Assembly (NCBI GenBank): GCA_900317855.1
Contig: ONIG01000006.1
Coordinates: 3,918 to 67,917, forward strand
Direction: 5' to 3'
Source of the DNA: an uncultured Eubacteriales bacterium
Lineage (GTDB): Bacteria > Bacillota > Clostridia > Oscillospirales > Oscillospiraceae
Length of the DNA stretch: 64,000 nt
Notes under the pieces: generated by a model
Databases searched by the model: none
Seen by the model: only the letters and a program-made list of their open reading frames with translations
What the model was told of the DNA's origin: nothing
Program-made: the position numbers and the translations under genes
Part shown: positions 1 through 8,060 of the stretch, in pieces
Position numbering within the stretch: position 1 is the stretch's first letter
Layout of the letters: every line of letters begins with the position of its first letter

Positions 1-1
1 G

Positions 2-508
2 ATGACCGTGTCCATGACCAGCGGCATGAACACCGATGTGAATAACTACATGTTCGGCAGCATCCTGTCGCTGTCGTCGGCCGACCTGCGCCTGAGCCTG
101 ATTTTGTCGGCGGCGGTGCTGGCGCTGTTCGTGCTGTGCTATCCGCGCATTTTCGCCGTCACGTTCGACGAGACGTTTTCGCGCGCGACCGGCGTGCACA
201 CGCAGGCGTACAACATGCTGCTCGCGGTGCTCACGGCGGTCACGATCGTGCTGGGCATGCGCATGATGGGCGCGCTGCTCATCTCGAGCCTCATCATCTT
301 CCCGGCGCTGACGGCCATGCGCGTGTTTGGCACGTTCCGCTCGGTCACGATCTGCGCGGCCGTGGTGTCGGTGGTGAATTTCCTGCTCGGCATGGTGCTG
401 TCCTACGTGCTCGAGACACCGTCCGGCGCGAGCGTCGTGGTGGTCGACCTTGTGGTGTTCCTGCTCTTTTGCGGCGTGCAGCGCATTCAGTGCCGCGTGA
501 AAAAATGA
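2..508 (+). CDS. Metal (Zn/Mn-type) ABC transporter permease, ABC-3 family; 5' end lies outside the window
   Basis: Track ORF 2..508. The multi-TM sequence (NYMFGSILS, LISSLIIFPALTA) is typical of ZnuB/MntB-type permeases. A hairpin terminator follows. Confidence 0.75.
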   Translation: MTVSMTSGMNTDVNNYMFGSILSLSSADLRLSLILSAAVLALFVLCYPRIFAVTFDETFSRATGVHTQAYNMLLAVLTAVTIVLGMRMMGALLISSLIIFPALTAMRVFGTFRSVTICAAVVSVVNFLLGMVLSYVLETPSGASVVVVDLVVFLLFCGVQRIQCRVKK

Positions 509-514
509 GAAACG

Positions 515-548
515 AAGCGGCGGCTCCGACCGGAGCCGCCGCTTTTGC
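515..548. terminator. Bidirectional intrinsic terminator between convergent genes
   Basis: 13-bp GC-rich stem AAGCGGCGGCTCC/GGAGCCGCCGCTT with a 4-nt loop. T-rich tracts flank it on both strands. Confidence 0.7.
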
Positions 549-559
549 ATATCTTATCT

Positions 560-1285
560 TCAGCACTGCATCTGTTTGAGCATCTCCTGGCGCAGGTGCG
601 CGATGATGCGCTTTTCGAGCCGGCTGATGTAGCTCTGCGAGATGCCCAGCAGGTCTGCAACCTCTTTTTGCGTCGCCTCGCGCGCGCCGCCGATGCCGAA
701 GCGCAGCAGAATGATCTGCCGGTCGCGCTCGCCGAGCGTTTCGATGGCGCGCAGGAGCATGGCGCGCTCCGCGTCGTCCTCGAGCGGGCGGCTCACGGCG
801 TCGGCGTCCGTGCCGAGGATGTCCGAGAGCAGCAGCTCATTACCGTCCCAGTCGGTGTTGAGCGGCTCGTCGATGCTCACCTCCGTTTTCTGCGCGCTGC
901 ACTTGCGCAGGTACATGAGGATCTCGTTTTCAATGCAGCGTGAGGCATAGGTCGCGAGCTTGATGTTCTTGTCCGGCTTGAAGGTATGGATGGCCTTGAT
1001 GAGGCCGATCGTGCCGATCGAGATCAGGTCCTCGATGTGGATGCCCGTGTTTTCAAACCGGCGCGCGATGTACACCACCAGCCGCAGGTTGTGCTCGATG
1101 AGCAGGGAAGCGGCCTCCTCGCTCCCGGCGGCGAGCGCCCGGATGGCCTGCTGCTCTGCCTCGCGGTCGAGCGGGGCGGGCATGGTGTCGCTCCCGCCGA
1201 TGTAAAACAGCCCCGGCGCGCCGCCGCGCAGCCGCAGCCGCAGCGCCGCCCAGAGCGTATGCAGTCTTTCCAGTAGTCTTGGCAC
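560..1285 (-). CDS. sigE: Sporulation sigma factor, pro-sigma-E
   Basis: Collinear with B. subtilis pro-SigE as I recall it: [90 protein letters not shown]. Lies directly downstream of spoIIGA. Start reset to GTG 1285, which has GAGGAGG 8 nt upstream. Confidence 0.9.
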   Translation of the reverse strand: MPRLLERLHTLWAALRLRLRGGAPGLFYIGGSDTMPAPLDREAEQQAIRALAAGSEEAASLLIEHNLRLVVYIARRFENTGIHIEDLISIGTIGLIKAIHTFKPDKNIKLATYASRCIENEILMYLRKCSAQKTEVSIDEPLNTDWDGNELLLSDILGTDADAVSRPLEDDAERAMLLRAIETLGERDRQIILLRFGIGGAREATQKEVADLLGISQSYISRLEKRIIAHLRQEMLKQMQC

Positions 1286-1298
1286 GAAAAACCCCTCC

Positions 1299-2135
1299 TC
1301 AGCTTTTTGGCGGCAGCACCATGGCAAATGCGCCGTCGGATGTGAGCGCCTGCGCGCTCAGCGCCAGCAGCATCGGCTCTGCCGCGCCGCCGATCCTCAC
1401 GCTGTCCGGCCGGAACGCCGGCAGCAGCGCGCCGGCCACGCCCACCGCGCGGTACGGCAGCAGCACGACCCGGCCGGTGCACTCCGGCAGCGCACTGAGC
1501 GCTTCCAGCGTCTGCACCGCGTCGTCCGGCAGCGCGTGCAGCGCCGGAAACAGCGGCAGCACCGCCGCGCGCTCGACCACCGCCGCCGGCAGGCCGGACA
1601 CCGGGTCGTGCAGGTCATTGCCGCTGTCGCGCAGGGCCTTGAGCGTCACGCTGCGCCCGGCGAGCATGACCGTCACGGTGCGCACCTCGCGGTCGGCGGC
1701 CTTTGCCCGCCGGCGGAACACGAGCGACACGGCCGCATAGCACGCGGCGAACGACAGCGCCAGCACCCGGCCCGACACCGTCACGAGCGCGCCGCTGCCC
1801 GGCGACACGCCTGCGAGCATACTCGCAGCGTACACCGTACCGCCGAACGCGGCCGACACGGCGAAGAACACCACCGTGCACCGCACGAGATGTGCCTCCC
1901 CGCCGAAGGCGATGAGCGCCATGGCCGCGCCGAGCGCGAGCTTCATCACACCGTTTGCCAGCCACCCGCAGCCGGGCAGGACCATGAGCGCCGCGTACAG
2001 CGCGCCGGTGAGCGCTGCGAGCGCGTACCGCCAGCGGCGCAGCACCACGCCGCATACGCGCGCAGAGGCCAGCACCAGGCAGTAATCGATCAGCAGATTC
2101 AGCCCGAACAGGCTGTCGAGATAGATGACGTCCAT
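1299..2135 (-). CDS. spoIIGA: Sigma-E processing aspartic peptidase SpoIIGA
   Basis: Five N-terminal TM helices plus a C-terminal domain with the DSGN motif ([15 protein letters not shown]). Conserved spoIIGA-sigE order. Confidence 0.85.
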   Translation of the reverse strand: MDVIYLDSLFGLNLLIDYCLVLASARVCGVVLRRWRYALAALTGALYAALMVLPGCGWLANGVMKLALGAAMALIAFGGEAHLVRCTVVFFAVSAAFGGTVYAASMLAGVSPGSGALVTVSGRVLALSFAACYAAVSLVFRRRAKAADREVRTVTVMLAGRSVTLKALRDSGNDLHDPVSGLPAAVVERAAVLPLFPALHALPDDAVQTLEALSALPECTGRVVLLPYRAVGVAGALLPAFRPDSVRIGGAAEPMLLALSAQALTSDGAFAMVLPPKS

Positions 2136-2240
2136 GTGGGTATCCTAGCACGCCGCGCGCGGGAAATTGCGCAAAAGCGGCCTGCCGGAAAACCTGACAG
2201 AAAGTCCATGCATCGCCGGGGCGGGAAATGCCGCAGAGCG

Positions 2241-2269
2241 TTGCTTTTGCGCGATCCGGCTGGTATAAT
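2241..2269 (+). promoter_or_regulatory. Sigma-A-type promoter of the surface-module/ECF operon
   Basis: TTGCTT (2241-2246), 17-nt spacer, TATAAT (2264-2269) with an upstream TG (extended -10). The leader is about 65 nt and holds an 8-bp GC hairpin GCGCGCGG/CCGCGCGC. Confidence 0.55.
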
Positions 2270-2337
2270 GTTGCGTGATTTCGGAATTCGGCGCGCGGGC
2301 CGACCGCGCGCATCGTGACCCCTTCAGGAGGAAAATC

Positions 2338-3813
2338 ATGAAAACGAACAAACGGTTTCTGGCGCTGTGTCTGGCGCTGCTGCTCGTGTGCGCGGCGCTG
2401 CCGGCGCCGGCGGTGCAGGGCGCGGATGTGCAGCCAGTGCTCTCGGCCGCGCTGGCGCAGCAGGCGGCGGCCGTCCCGTCGCCGGGCTACGGCGATGAGT
2501 GGACGGTGCTGGGCCTTGCCCGCGGCGGGTATTTCGCCGTGGACAGCGACTATTTCGCGCGCTACTATGCAGACGTTGCGTCCAAGGCGCCGGAGCTCAC
2601 GGCAGCGTCCGGGCGCGACGGTGCGCTCAACGCCTACAAATCCACGGACAATTCGCGCGTCATCCTCGCGCTGTCCGCCATCGGGCGCGACGCGACGCAG
2701 GTCGGCGGCTGCGACCTTACCGCGCCATATGCCGACTTCGCCTGGGTACGTAATCAGGGCATCAACGGCCCGGTGTTTGCGCTGCTCGCGCTCGACAGCC
2801 GCAATTATCTGTCCGGCAGCGCGGTGCGCCGCCAGTGTGTGGACGCCATTCTGGCGGCGGAGCTCTCCGGCGGCGGCTGGGCGATGAGCGGTGCGGCGGC
2901 CGACCCGGACGTGACGGCCATGGTGCTGCAGGCGCTGGCGGCGTACCGCGGGGAGGCGGCCGTCGCAGCGGCCGTGTCGCGCGGCATTGACACGCTCTCG
3001 GCCATGCAGAGCAGCGACGGCGGCTTCACCTCGTGGGGCTCCGCCAACGCCGAGAGCGTCGCGCAGGTCATCGTGGCCTGCACGGCGCTGGGCATCGACC
3101 CGGACACGGACAGCCGCTTCGTCAAGGACGGCGGCTCGGCGGTCGATGCGCTGCTGACGTTTTATGATGCGGGCGCGGCCGCGTTCCGCCACAAGGCCTC
3201 CGGCGGCACGGACAGTCTCGCCACGGAGCAGGCGGTGTATGCGCTCGTGGCCGTCTCGCGGTTCCAGCGCGGGCAGAGCGGCCTCTATCAGGAGACGGAC
3301 ACGCCCACGGTCGAGACGCCTGCCGAGCCGGACGAACCGGTTGCGCGCGTGCTCTGCACGGCGGACGGCAGCGGCCTCATCCCGGCCGGATACCGCACGG
3401 TCGCCGTGTGCCTGCCGGACGTGACGGCGGACAGCACGGTCACGTTTTCCGACGGGACGCAGCTGCTCTACAGCCCCGTGCTCTCCGAGCGCAGCGACAC
3501 GCCGACGTGGGTCTGGCTCTTTGCGCCGGACGTGACGGATGACGCGCTCAATGACACGGCAAACTATACCGTGACGGACGAAAAAGGCCCGGTGCTGACC
3601 GTCGGCGATGGGAATGCCGACGGCGTTATCAACGTGCAGGATGCGATCAATATCCGCACGGCCTGTGCCGGCAGCGCGGTCCCAGCGGCGGAGCGGCTGC
3701 TGACGATGGATGTGAATCTCGACGGCCGTGTCGACGCGCGGGATGTGCGCGCGCTGGCCGACGGCTTTGTGCACAACACGGCGCTGCCCACGGCGCAGGA
3801 GGACGGACAATGA
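2338..3813 (+). CDS. Secreted alpha/alpha-toroid protein (prenyltransferase/terpene-cyclase-like, or transcobalamin alpha-domain-like) with a C-terminal type-I dockerin
   Basis: ATG 2338 follows AGGAGG. Signal peptide MKTNKRFLALCLALLLVCAALPAPAVQGA. Toroid-type repeats DVTAMVLQALAAY, SDGGFTSWGS and ESVAQVIVAC. Two C-terminal Ca-binding loops, DGNADGVINVQD and DVNLDGRVDARD (about 3601..3775). Confidence 0.7.
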   Translation: MKTNKRFLALCLALLLVCAALPAPAVQGADVQPVLSAALAQQAAAVPSPGYGDEWTVLGLARGGYFAVDSDYFARYYADVASKAPELTAASGRDGALNAYKSTDNSRVILALSAIGRDATQVGGCDLTAPYADFAWVRNQGINGPVFALLALDSRNYLSGSAVRRQCVDAILAAELSGGGWAMSGAAADPDVTAMVLQALAAYRGEAAVAAAVSRGIDTLSAMQSSDGGFTSWGSANAESVAQVIVACTALGIDPDTDSRFVKDGGSAVDALLTFYDAGAAAFRHKASGGTDSLATEQAVYALVAVSRFQRGQSGLYQETDTPTVETPAEPDEPVARVLCTADGSGLIPAGYRTVAVCLPDVTADSTVTFSDGTQLLYSPVLSERSDTPTWVWLFAPDVTDDALNDTANYTVTDEKGPVLTVGDGNADGVINVQDAINIRTACAGSAVPAAERLLTMDVNLDGRVDARDVRALADGFVHNTALPTAQEDGQ

Positions 3814-4367
3814 AGACTTTCCTGACGAAAAAGAACATTGCCATCGTGCTTGCCGTGCTGCTGGTCGTGGTCGTTGTGGTGCTGTGCATCACGATGCGGC
3901 AAAAGAGCGTCGCGGACACCGACCCCACGCTCACGCTCACAAGCCAGAGCGCGGACGCTGATGGCGCGTGCACGGTCGATGTTGTGCTCTCCGGCCTGCC
4001 GGACGGCGCGCACTATGCGGCGGCGAGCCTCGCCGTGGCCTTTGACCCGACGCAGATCACATTTCTCGGCACGTCGGACGGGGACATCCCGCTCGTGATG
4101 GGCAGCCTCCCGGAGTGGGAGAGTGACCCGGAGCGTGCCAACGAGACCGGCAGCGCACGCGCTCTGTGCCTGCCGGAGGATGACGGCACACTCGCCACAT
4201 CGACCGGCAGCGTGCTCGTGCGGCTGCGCTTTCAGCTCGCCGACGGTGTGACGGAGTCGGCGCTGACGGTGTCGGACGCCGTGCTGGCCGCCGCGGACGA
4301 ATCAGAGAGCCTTGCCACGACGACGGCCACGCTCACGGTCGTGAACGGGACGGTGCAGCGTGGCTAA
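3810..4367 (+). CDS. Single-pass membrane-anchored cohesin-like protein
   Basis: ATGA overlap with the upstream stop. N-terminal TM IAIVLAVLLVVVVVVLCI. The ectodomain follows the cohesin beta-sandwich pattern: CTVDVVLSGLPDG....ASLAVAFDPTQITFLG ... GSVLVRLRFQLADG..ESALTVSD ... TLTVVNGTV. Confidence 0.6.
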   Translation: MKTFLTKKNIAIVLAVLLVVVVVVLCITMRQKSVADTDPTLTLTSQSADADGACTVDVVLSGLPDGAHYAAASLAVAFDPTQITFLGTSDGDIPLVMGSLPEWESDPERANETGSARALCLPEDDGTLATSTGSVLVRLRFQLADGVTESALTVSDAVLAAADESESLATTTATLTVVNGTVQRG

Positions 4368-4860
4368 GCGGCGCGCGCTCAGTCTGCTGCTGTGCCTGCT
4401 GCTTTTGCTGTGCACGGCCTGCGGCGGGCAGGTGCAGGAGGATGACGGCGCGCTGCACTGCACGGTAACAATCGAGTGCAGCACGGTGCTGGAGCATATG
4501 GACGACCTGAAGCCCGGCAAGGCGGACATCGTCCCGCCTGACGGTGTGCTCCTGCCGGAGACGACCGTCTCCTTCTCGGAGGGGGACACGGTGTTCGATG
4601 TGCTGCAGCGGGTCTGCCGCGCGCAGGGCCTCCACATGGAGTCGACCTGGACGCCTGCATACAACAGCGCCTATATCGAGGGCATCGGCAACCTCTACGA
4701 ATTTGACTGCGGCGAGCTGTCCGGCTGGATGTACAGTGTCAACGGTGTCTGGCCGGACTACGGCTGCAGCGGCTACACGCTGCACGACGGCGACACCGTC
4801 GTCTGGAGCTATACCTGCGACCTCGGGCGCGACGTCGGCGCCCAGCAAGGAGAACCATGA
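4360..4860 (+). CDS. DUF4430 (transcobalamin-like C-terminal beta domain) lipoprotein
   Basis: GTG start overlapping the upstream stop by 8 nt. Lipobox LLLLC-TAC-GG. DUF4430-like core GDTVFDVL...YIEGIGNLYEFDCGELSGWMYSVNG..PDYG...Y.LHDGDTVVWSYT. Confidence 0.75.
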   Translation: MAKRRALSLLLCLLLLLCTACGGQVQEDDGALHCTVTIECSTVLEHMDDLKPGKADIVPPDGVLLPETTVSFSEGDTVFDVLQRVCRAQGLHMESTWTPAYNSAYIEGIGNLYEFDCGELSGWMYSVNGVWPDYGCSGYTLHDGDTVVWSYTCDLGRDVGAQQGEP

Positions 4861-5747
4861 ACGATTCCTTCTCGGCGCTGCACCCGGCGCTGACCTTTTG
4901 CTATTTTGCGGCCGTGCTGCTGCTGACGATGCTCGTGCTGCACCCGGTATTTCTGGCGCTGAGCCTGCTGGGCGCGCTGGGCTACTGTGCGGTGCTGCGC
5001 GGCTGGCGCAGCCTGGGGCGGACGCTCGGCTGGCTCGTGCCGTTTCTGGTGCTGATGGCGGCGCTCAACGCATTGTTCAACCATGCGGGCGTGACGATGC
5101 TGTTCTACCTGCCGAACGGCAACCCCGTCACGCGCGAGGCGCTGTGCTACGGCGCGGCCGCGGCGGCGATGTTCGCGGCCGTGATCCTGTGGTTCCAGTG
5201 CTGCAACGTTGTCATGACGGCGGAGAAATATCTGTACGTGTTCGGCAGCGCGCTGCCGGGCGTGTCGCTGCTGCTGAGCATGGCGCTGCGGTTCGTGCCG
5301 AAGTTTTCCGCGCACATCCGCGCCGTGCGCGCGGCGCAGGCGTCGCTCGGCTGCGGCACGCGCGAGGGCAATGCGTGGCAGCGGCTGAAAAATGGTGCGC
5401 GCATTTTGTCTGTCACCGTCTCGTGGGCGCTAGAGAGTGGCATCACGGCGGCGGACTCGATGAAGAGCCGGGGCTACGGCGCCGGCAGAAGAACCTATTT
5501 CGGCAATTACCATTTCACCCGGCGCGACGGTGTGCTCTGCGCCGTTTTTGCGCTCGCGCTTGCGGGCGTGTGCGCGGGCGTTGGCTGCGGCGCGCTGTAT
5601 GTGCGCTACTATCCGTCGATCCGCATCGGCGGCGACGGTGCGCTCGGCGCGGTATGCATGGTGTGCTTTGCGCTGCTGTGCTTTCTGCCGCTGCTGCTCG
5701 ATGGAAAGGAGGCACTGACATGGCGTCGTTTGCGCTCGAACATCTGA
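4857..5747 (+). CDS. ECF transporter transmembrane (T) component, CbiQ/EcfT family
   Basis: ATGA overlap with the DUF4430 gene. Polytopic protein with an EcfT-like coupling region (ALRFVP...RAVRAAQ..RG). Confidence 0.85.
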   Translation: MNDSFSALHPALTFCYFAAVLLLTMLVLHPVFLALSLLGALGYCAVLRGWRSLGRTLGWLVPFLVLMAALNALFNHAGVTMLFYLPNGNPVTREALCYGAAAAAMFAAVILWFQCCNVVMTAEKYLYVFGSALPGVSLLLSMALRFVPKFSAHIRAVRAAQASLGCGTREGNAWQRLKNGARILSVTVSWALESGITAADSMKSRGYGAGRRTYFGNYHFTRRDGVLCAVFALALAGVCAGVGCGALYVRYYPSIRIGGDGALGAVCMVCFALLCFLPLLLDGKEALTWRRLRSNI

Positions 5748-7330
5748 CGTTTACCTATCCGGGCCAGACGCGCCCGGCGCTCGATGACCTCACGCTCACG
5801 GTCCCGGAGGGCGCGGTCACCGTCCTCTGCGGCGAGAGCGGCAGCGGCAAATCGACCCTCCTGCGCCAGCTCAAGACCTGCCTCACGCCGCACGGCACGG
5901 TCAGCGGCACGGTGCGCCTCGGGGACACGCCCTTAAAGGACATCCCGTTTGCTGAGCAGGCGCGGCGCATCGGTTTTGTGCTCCAGCACCCGGATGATCA
6001 GATCGTGACGGACAAGGTGTTCCACGAGCTGGCGTTCGGGCTCGAGAGCCTCGGCTGCGAGGAAAAAACCATGCGTCTGCGCGTCGCCGAGATGGCGAGC
6101 TACTTCGGCATTGCCGACTGGTTCGCGCGCGACGTGGGCGCGCTCTCCGGCGGCCAGAAGCAGATGCTCAACCTCGCGTCCGTCGTGGTCATGCGGCCGG
6201 ACGTGCTCATTTTAGACGAGCCGACGAGCCAGCTCGACCCCATCGCGGCGAGTACTTTCCTGCACACGCTGCGCAAGCTCAACGAGGAGCTGGGGCTGAC
6301 GATCCTGCTGTCCGAGCAGCGGCTGGAGGAGGCCGTGCCGCTGGCCGACCACCTCATCGTGCTCGAGCAGGGGCGGCTGCTGGCCGCCGGTGCGCCGCAG
6401 GAGGCGGCGGCCGCGGTGCGTGGTCATGCGATCTTTTCTGCCATGCCCACGGCGGCGCGCATTGCCGCCGCCCTCGGCGAGACGGAGCGTCTGCCGCTCA
6501 CCGTGCGCGCGGGCAGAGCGTATCTGGGGCGCTTTTCTCCGCACCCGATGCCGGACGCAGCGCCCGCGCCCGTGGGCACGCCCCCGGTGCTCACCGTGCG
6601 CGACGGCTGGTTTCGCTACGCGCAAGGCAGCGCGGACGTGCTGCGCAATTTCTCGCTCGCGCTGCGCCCGGGTGAGCTCTACGCGCTCACCGGCAGCAAC
6701 GGCAGCGGCAAGACAACGGCGCTCGGCGTGCTCTCCGGGCGGCTGCGGCTCTACCGCGGCAGCGTGTACCTCAATGGGAAGCGGCAGCGCGCGCTCCAGC
6801 CTCTGCGCGACGGCATCGCCGCCGTGCCGCAGGACCCGCGCACGCTCTTCGCGGCCGACACGGTGCGCGCCGATCTCGCTTCGCTTGGCAGGGACGCCGC
6901 GCTGGTGGACACGGTCGTGCGGCAGATGGCGCTCGCGCCGCTGCTCGACCGGCACCCCTTTGACCTCTCCGGCGGCGAGCAGCAGCGCGCTGCGCTGGCG
7001 AAGGTGCTGCTCATGCAGCCGCGCGTGCTGCTGCTCGACGAGCCGACGAAGGGCATGGATGGCGCGTTCAAGGCTGACTTCGGCGCGCTTTTGCGCGCGC
7101 TCTGCGCGCAGGGCGCGGCCGTGTGCATCGTGAGCCACGATGTGGAGTTCTGCGCGCAGTACGCCGACCGCTGCGGCCTGCTCTTTCGCGGCGAGGTCGT
7201 GACGGAAAACGCCGCGCGTGCATTTTTCTCCGGCAATTATTTTTACACCACGGCGGCCGCGCGCATCGCGCGCACCGCTGCGCCCGGCGCGGTACTGTGC
7301 GGGGAGGTCGTGCAATGTCTCACCGATTGA
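5720..7330 (+). CDS. Fused duplicated ECF ATPase (EcfA-EcfA')
   Basis: True start is ATG 5720 after GGAAAGGAGG. The track ORF 4544..7330 carries a spurious N-terminal extension. Two complete ABC cassettes: GESGSGKST/LSGGQKQ/ILDEPTSQLD and GSNGSGKTT/LSGGEQQR/LLLDEPTKGMD. Confidence 0.9.
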   Translation: MASFALEHLTFTYPGQTRPALDDLTLTVPEGAVTVLCGESGSGKSTLLRQLKTCLTPHGTVSGTVRLGDTPLKDIPFAEQARRIGFVLQHPDDQIVTDKVFHELAFGLESLGCEEKTMRLRVAEMASYFGIADWFARDVGALSGGQKQMLNLASVVVMRPDVLILDEPTSQLDPIAASTFLHTLRKLNEELGLTILLSEQRLEEAVPLADHLIVLEQGRLLAAGAPQEAAAAVRGHAIFSAMPTAARIAAALGETERLPLTVRAGRAYLGRFSPHPMPDAAPAPVGTPPVLTVRDGWFRYAQGSADVLRNFSLALRPGELYALTGSNGSGKTTALGVLSGRLRLYRGSVYLNGKRQRALQPLRDGIAAVPQDPRTLFAADTVRADLASLGRDAALVDTVVRQMALAPLLDRHPFDLSGGEQQRAALAKVLLMQPRVLLLDEPTKGMDGAFKADFGALLRALCAQGAAVCIVSHDVEFCAQYADRCGLLFRGEVVTENAARAFFSGNYFYTTAAARIARTAAPGAVLCGEVVQCLTD

Positions 7331-8016
7331 CGCGGCGCACCTGGGCCGCGCTCGGCATCCTGCTCGTTGCGATCCCGGCGCTGATGGCGGTGTTCGTATG
7401 CGTGTGGGACGAGCGGAAGTACTACCTCACGTCGCTGCTGCTCGTGGGGCTGATGTTTGTGCCGTTCGTGCTGCGGTTTGAAGGCCGCAGGCCGCAGGCG
7501 CGCGAGCTCGTGCTGCTCGCGACGATGACGGCGCTGGCCGTGGCCGGGCGCGCGGTGTTTTACTGGCTGCCGCAGTGCAAGCCTGTGTGCGCGATCGTGA
7601 TCCTCACGGCCGTGGCCTTCACGCCGGAGGCAGGCTTCGTCACCGGCGCGGCGGCGGGCCTGATCTCGAACTTTTTCTTCGGGCAGGGGCCGTGGACGCC
7701 GTGGCAGATGCTCGGCTTCGGGCTCGTGGGCTTTCTCGGCGGCGTGCTGTTTGCCGGGCGGAAGGTGCGGCTCGTGCCGCTGCTGCTCTACGGCTTTTTC
7801 TCGGTGCTCATCGTCTACGGCGTGCTGCTCGATACGGCGAGCATGCTCATGTACAACGCCGTGCCCTCGTGGCAGCTGTGGCTGGCGACCTGCGCGTCGG
7901 GATTTGTGTTCAACCTCATCCACGCGGGCGCGACGGCCGTGTTCCTGCTCCTGCTGTATAAGCCCCTGCTCACCAAGCTCGCGCGCGTGAAAGAAAAGTA
8001 CGGACTTCTGGAATGA
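7315..8016 (+). CDS. ECF transporter substrate-specific (S) component, substrate unknown
   Basis: ATG 7315 after GGGGAGG, overlapping the ATPase stop. Six predicted TM helices. Contains NFFFGQGPWTPWQM, which I recall from the ECF_trnsp S-component family. Confidence 0.75.
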   Translation: MSHRLTRRTWAALGILLVAIPALMAVFVCVWDERKYYLTSLLLVGLMFVPFVLRFEGRRPQARELVLLATMTALAVAGRAVFYWLPQCKPVCAIVILTAVAFTPEAGFVTGAAAGLISNFFFGQGPWTPWQMLGFGLVGFLGGVLFAGRKVRLVPLLLYGFFSVLIVYGVLLDTASMLMYNAVPSWQLWLATCASGFVFNLIHAGATAVFLLLLYKPLLTKLARVKEKYGLLE

Positions 8017-8021
8017 AAAAA

Positions 8022-8051
8022 CTCCGCATCCAATCGGATGCGGAGATTTTT
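8022..8051. terminator. Bidirectional intrinsic terminator
   Basis: Stem CTCCGCATCC/GGATGCGGAG with loop AATC. A-run upstream and T-run downstream. Confidence 0.75.
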
Positions 8052-8060
8052 GTGTGCATT

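Noticed and set aside
1286-1327. The track start at 1327 for sigE, which adds [14 protein letters not shown].
   Set aside because: It overlaps the spoIIGA 3' end and has no SD. GTG 1285 has GAGGAGG at optimal spacing, and the pro-sequence alignment to known pro-SigE begins there.
2136-2337. I looked here for a cobalamin riboswitch upstream of the ECF operon and for Spo0A boxes upstream of spoIIGA.
   Set aside because: There is no B12-box-like core, and the leader is too short (about 65 nt) for that riboswitch. I saw no exact TGTCGAA-type 0A box. Neither can be excluded without a covariance-model or PWM scan.
1615-3810. A 731-aa minus-strand ORF spanning spoIIGA and the toroid-protein gene.
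   Set aside because: The translation is Arg/Ala/Gly/His-rich and low in complexity, with no recognisable domain. It is antisense to two well-supported genes. This is a typical stop-poor shadow frame in GC-rich DNA.
4544-5719. The N-terminal 392 codons of track ORF 4544..7330, which would make a 928-aa ATPase.
   Set aside because: This part overlaps the DUF4430 and EcfT genes in another frame and translates to Arg/Ala-rich nonsense. A canonical start (ATG 5720 after GGAAAGGAGG) opens directly into the first Walker A domain.
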